This document shows, piece after piece, positions 62,710 through 64,000 of a stretch of 64,000 nucleotides of DNA; within the stretch, counting starts at the first letter, position 1; each line of letters starts with the position of its first letter. Source of the DNA: an uncultured delta proteobacterium (GTDB taxonomy: Bacteria; Desulfobacterota; Desulfobacteria; Desulfobacterales; QNYZ01); the NCBI GenBank assembly GCA_963845145.1, contig CAWJQU010000002.1:32001-96000 (forward strand), written 5' to 3'. The translations under genes and the position numbers were made by a program. The notes beneath the pieces are model-generated. The model did not search any database, had not been told where the DNA came from, and worked only from the letters and a program-made list of their open reading frames with translations.

Positions 62710-63684
62710 ATGGAAGATGAGCCGTTTACGGACACACACCGGCTGACTTTCTCCGATAATGCGTCAGCCGGCCAGTTGTTTGGCGAACATAACAGCCATT
62801 TGAAACGTATTGCCGATGAACTCGACATTACCATCAACGCCCGCGGGAATTCGGTATTTATTCAAGGTGATACGGTTTCGATCCAGTTGGCGGAAAACAT
62901 ATTAAACCAGCTTTACGACATCATTCAGGGCGGCTATCCGATTTATACCAACGATGTTGACTATGCCACCCGTATTTTAACCGCCGACTCCCGGGTTCAA
63001 ATTAAAAATATCTTTCTGGACAAGGTGTTTATCACCGCCACTAAAAAAACGGTGACGCCCAAAAGCCCGGCCCAAAAAGCGTATATCGATGCCATGCGCC
63101 GGTTTGATATCGTTTTTGGCATCGGACCGGCGGGTACCGGAAAAACCTATCTGGCCATGGCAATGGCTGTGGCGGCACTTTCCAAAGGCGAGGCCGATCG
63201 GATCATTCTCACTCGGCCGGCCGTGGAGGCTGGTGAGGCGTTAGGTTTTTTACCGGGGGATCTGGCCGAGAAAATTGACCCGTATCTGCGGCCACTGTAT
63301 GATGCCCTGCATGACATGATGCCGTTTGAAAAGGCCGCCGGCCTCATGCAGCAGGGGGTGATCGAGGTGGCCCCTCTGGCGTTCATGCGCGGTCGGACAT
63401 TAAACGATTCATTCATTATTTTGGATGAGGCCCAAAACACAACTTCAGAACAGATGAAGATGTTTCTTACACGTATCGGATTTAACTCCAAAGCCGTCAT
63501 CACGGGCGACATCACCCAGATCGATTTGCCCCGTGGCAAATCCTCTGGTCTGGTGGATGCAAAAAACATTCTGCAAACCATCGACGGCATCAAATTCGCC
63601 TTTTTTTCCAAAAACGATGTGATACGACACCGTTTGGTGCAAAAAATCATTCAAGCCTACGAACTCTCAGAATCAACCGAATAA
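62710..63684 (+). CDS. phoH: PhoH-family ATPase
   Basis: GPAGTGKT, RPAVEAGE.LGFLPGD, AFMRGRT, DEAQN. Confidence 0.95.
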   Translation: MEDEPFTDTHRLTFSDNASAGQLFGEHNSHLKRIADELDITINARGNSVFIQGDTVSIQLAENILNQLYDIIQGGYPIYTNDVDYATRILTADSRVQIKNIFLDKVFITATKKTVTPKSPAQKAYIDAMRRFDIVFGIGPAGTGKTYLAMAMAVAALSKGEADRIILTRPAVEAGEALGFLPGDLAEKIDPYLRPLYDALHDMMPFEKAAGLMQQGVIEVAPLAFMRGRTLNDSFIILDEAQNTTSEQMKMFLTRIGFNSKAVITGDITQIDLPRGKSSGLVDAKNILQTIDGIKFAFFSKNDVIRHRLVQKIIQAYELSESTE

Positions 63685-63687
63685 ACA

Positions 63688-64000
63688 ATGAAATTTTCAA
63701 AACTATCGGAAACGATTAAAAATATTTTTGTTTGGCACTCTACCATTCGATGGGTGATCCTTTTCATCACGCTCGGACTATTCGTTCTTATCCTCTATCC
63801 CAGCCTTTTTATGACCCAACCGACGTTTCAACTGGGGGATATTGCCGGCCGCAACATTAAAGCCCCCAGGGATTTCTCCATCGAAGACGAAAACGCCACC
63901 GAAAAGCACCGCCGGCAAGCGATGGCCACCGTGCTTACCGTGTACGACCATGATACCGTCATGTCGTCGCGCCTGCGAACGCAAGTTAACCAGGCTTTTC
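63688..64000 (+). CDS. 7TM-HD (PgpH/HDIG-like) phosphohydrolase, 5' part only
   Basis: Manual translation: TM helix then GDIAGRNIKAPRDFSIED...VLTVYD; commonly adjacent to phoH. Confidence 0.75.
   Translation, partial: MKFSKLSETIKNIFVWHSTIRWVILFITLGLFVLILYPSLFMTQPTFQLGDIAGRNIKAPRDFSIEDENATEKHRRQAMATVLTVYDHDTVMSSRLRTQVNQAF

Noticed and set aside
146..63984. Numerous short antisense or alternate-frame ORFs in the track (e.g. 8912..9547, 49560..50171, 63147..63650)
   Set aside because: They are shadows of well-supported genes, with no family motifs recognised.

Overview
A gene-dense 64-kb chromosomal window, most likely from an anaerobic deltaproteobacterium (Desulfobacterales-like; inferred from AOR, two ETF sets, an HdrF/FadF-type oxidoreductase and selenoproteins, not from a database search). 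I found no rRNA, tRNA, CRISPR array or transposase. Gene order: partial TolC, sensor kinase, OsmC-like selenoprotein, frameshifted M1-peptidase/ChaN/PDZ fusion, GntR plus GcvT-family dehydrogenase, ArsR/permease/thioredoxin/CMD cluster, ZIP transporter, a sigma-54 operon (small charged peptide, SpeD-like decarboxylase, GNAT, ATP-grasp, PLP decarboxylase), a sarcosine-oxidase-like soxBDAG + FAD oxidoreductase + etfBA operon, argG-pyrB-carA-carB with convergent argF, PilZ, a second kinase, radical SAM, mutY, nitroreductase, HesB-like selenoprotein, macro domain, AOR, a PqqD/HprK-like kinase/nucleotidyltransferase trio, a TetR-acyl-CoA dehydrogenase-Fe-S oxidoreductase-etfBA module, Nudix, mazG, cvpA, phoH and a partial 7TM-HD gene. 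Most notable, and missed or split by the ORF track: (1) a 30-aa leader peptide with 10 Arg codons plus antiterminator and terminator upstream of argG, an apparent classical arginine-sensing attenuator; (2) the sigma-54 operon, a candidate uncharacterised amine/peptide-modifying pathway; (3) two in-frame UGA selenoproteins with SECIS-like hairpins; (4) an orphan RRE-kinase-nucleotidyltransferase module.
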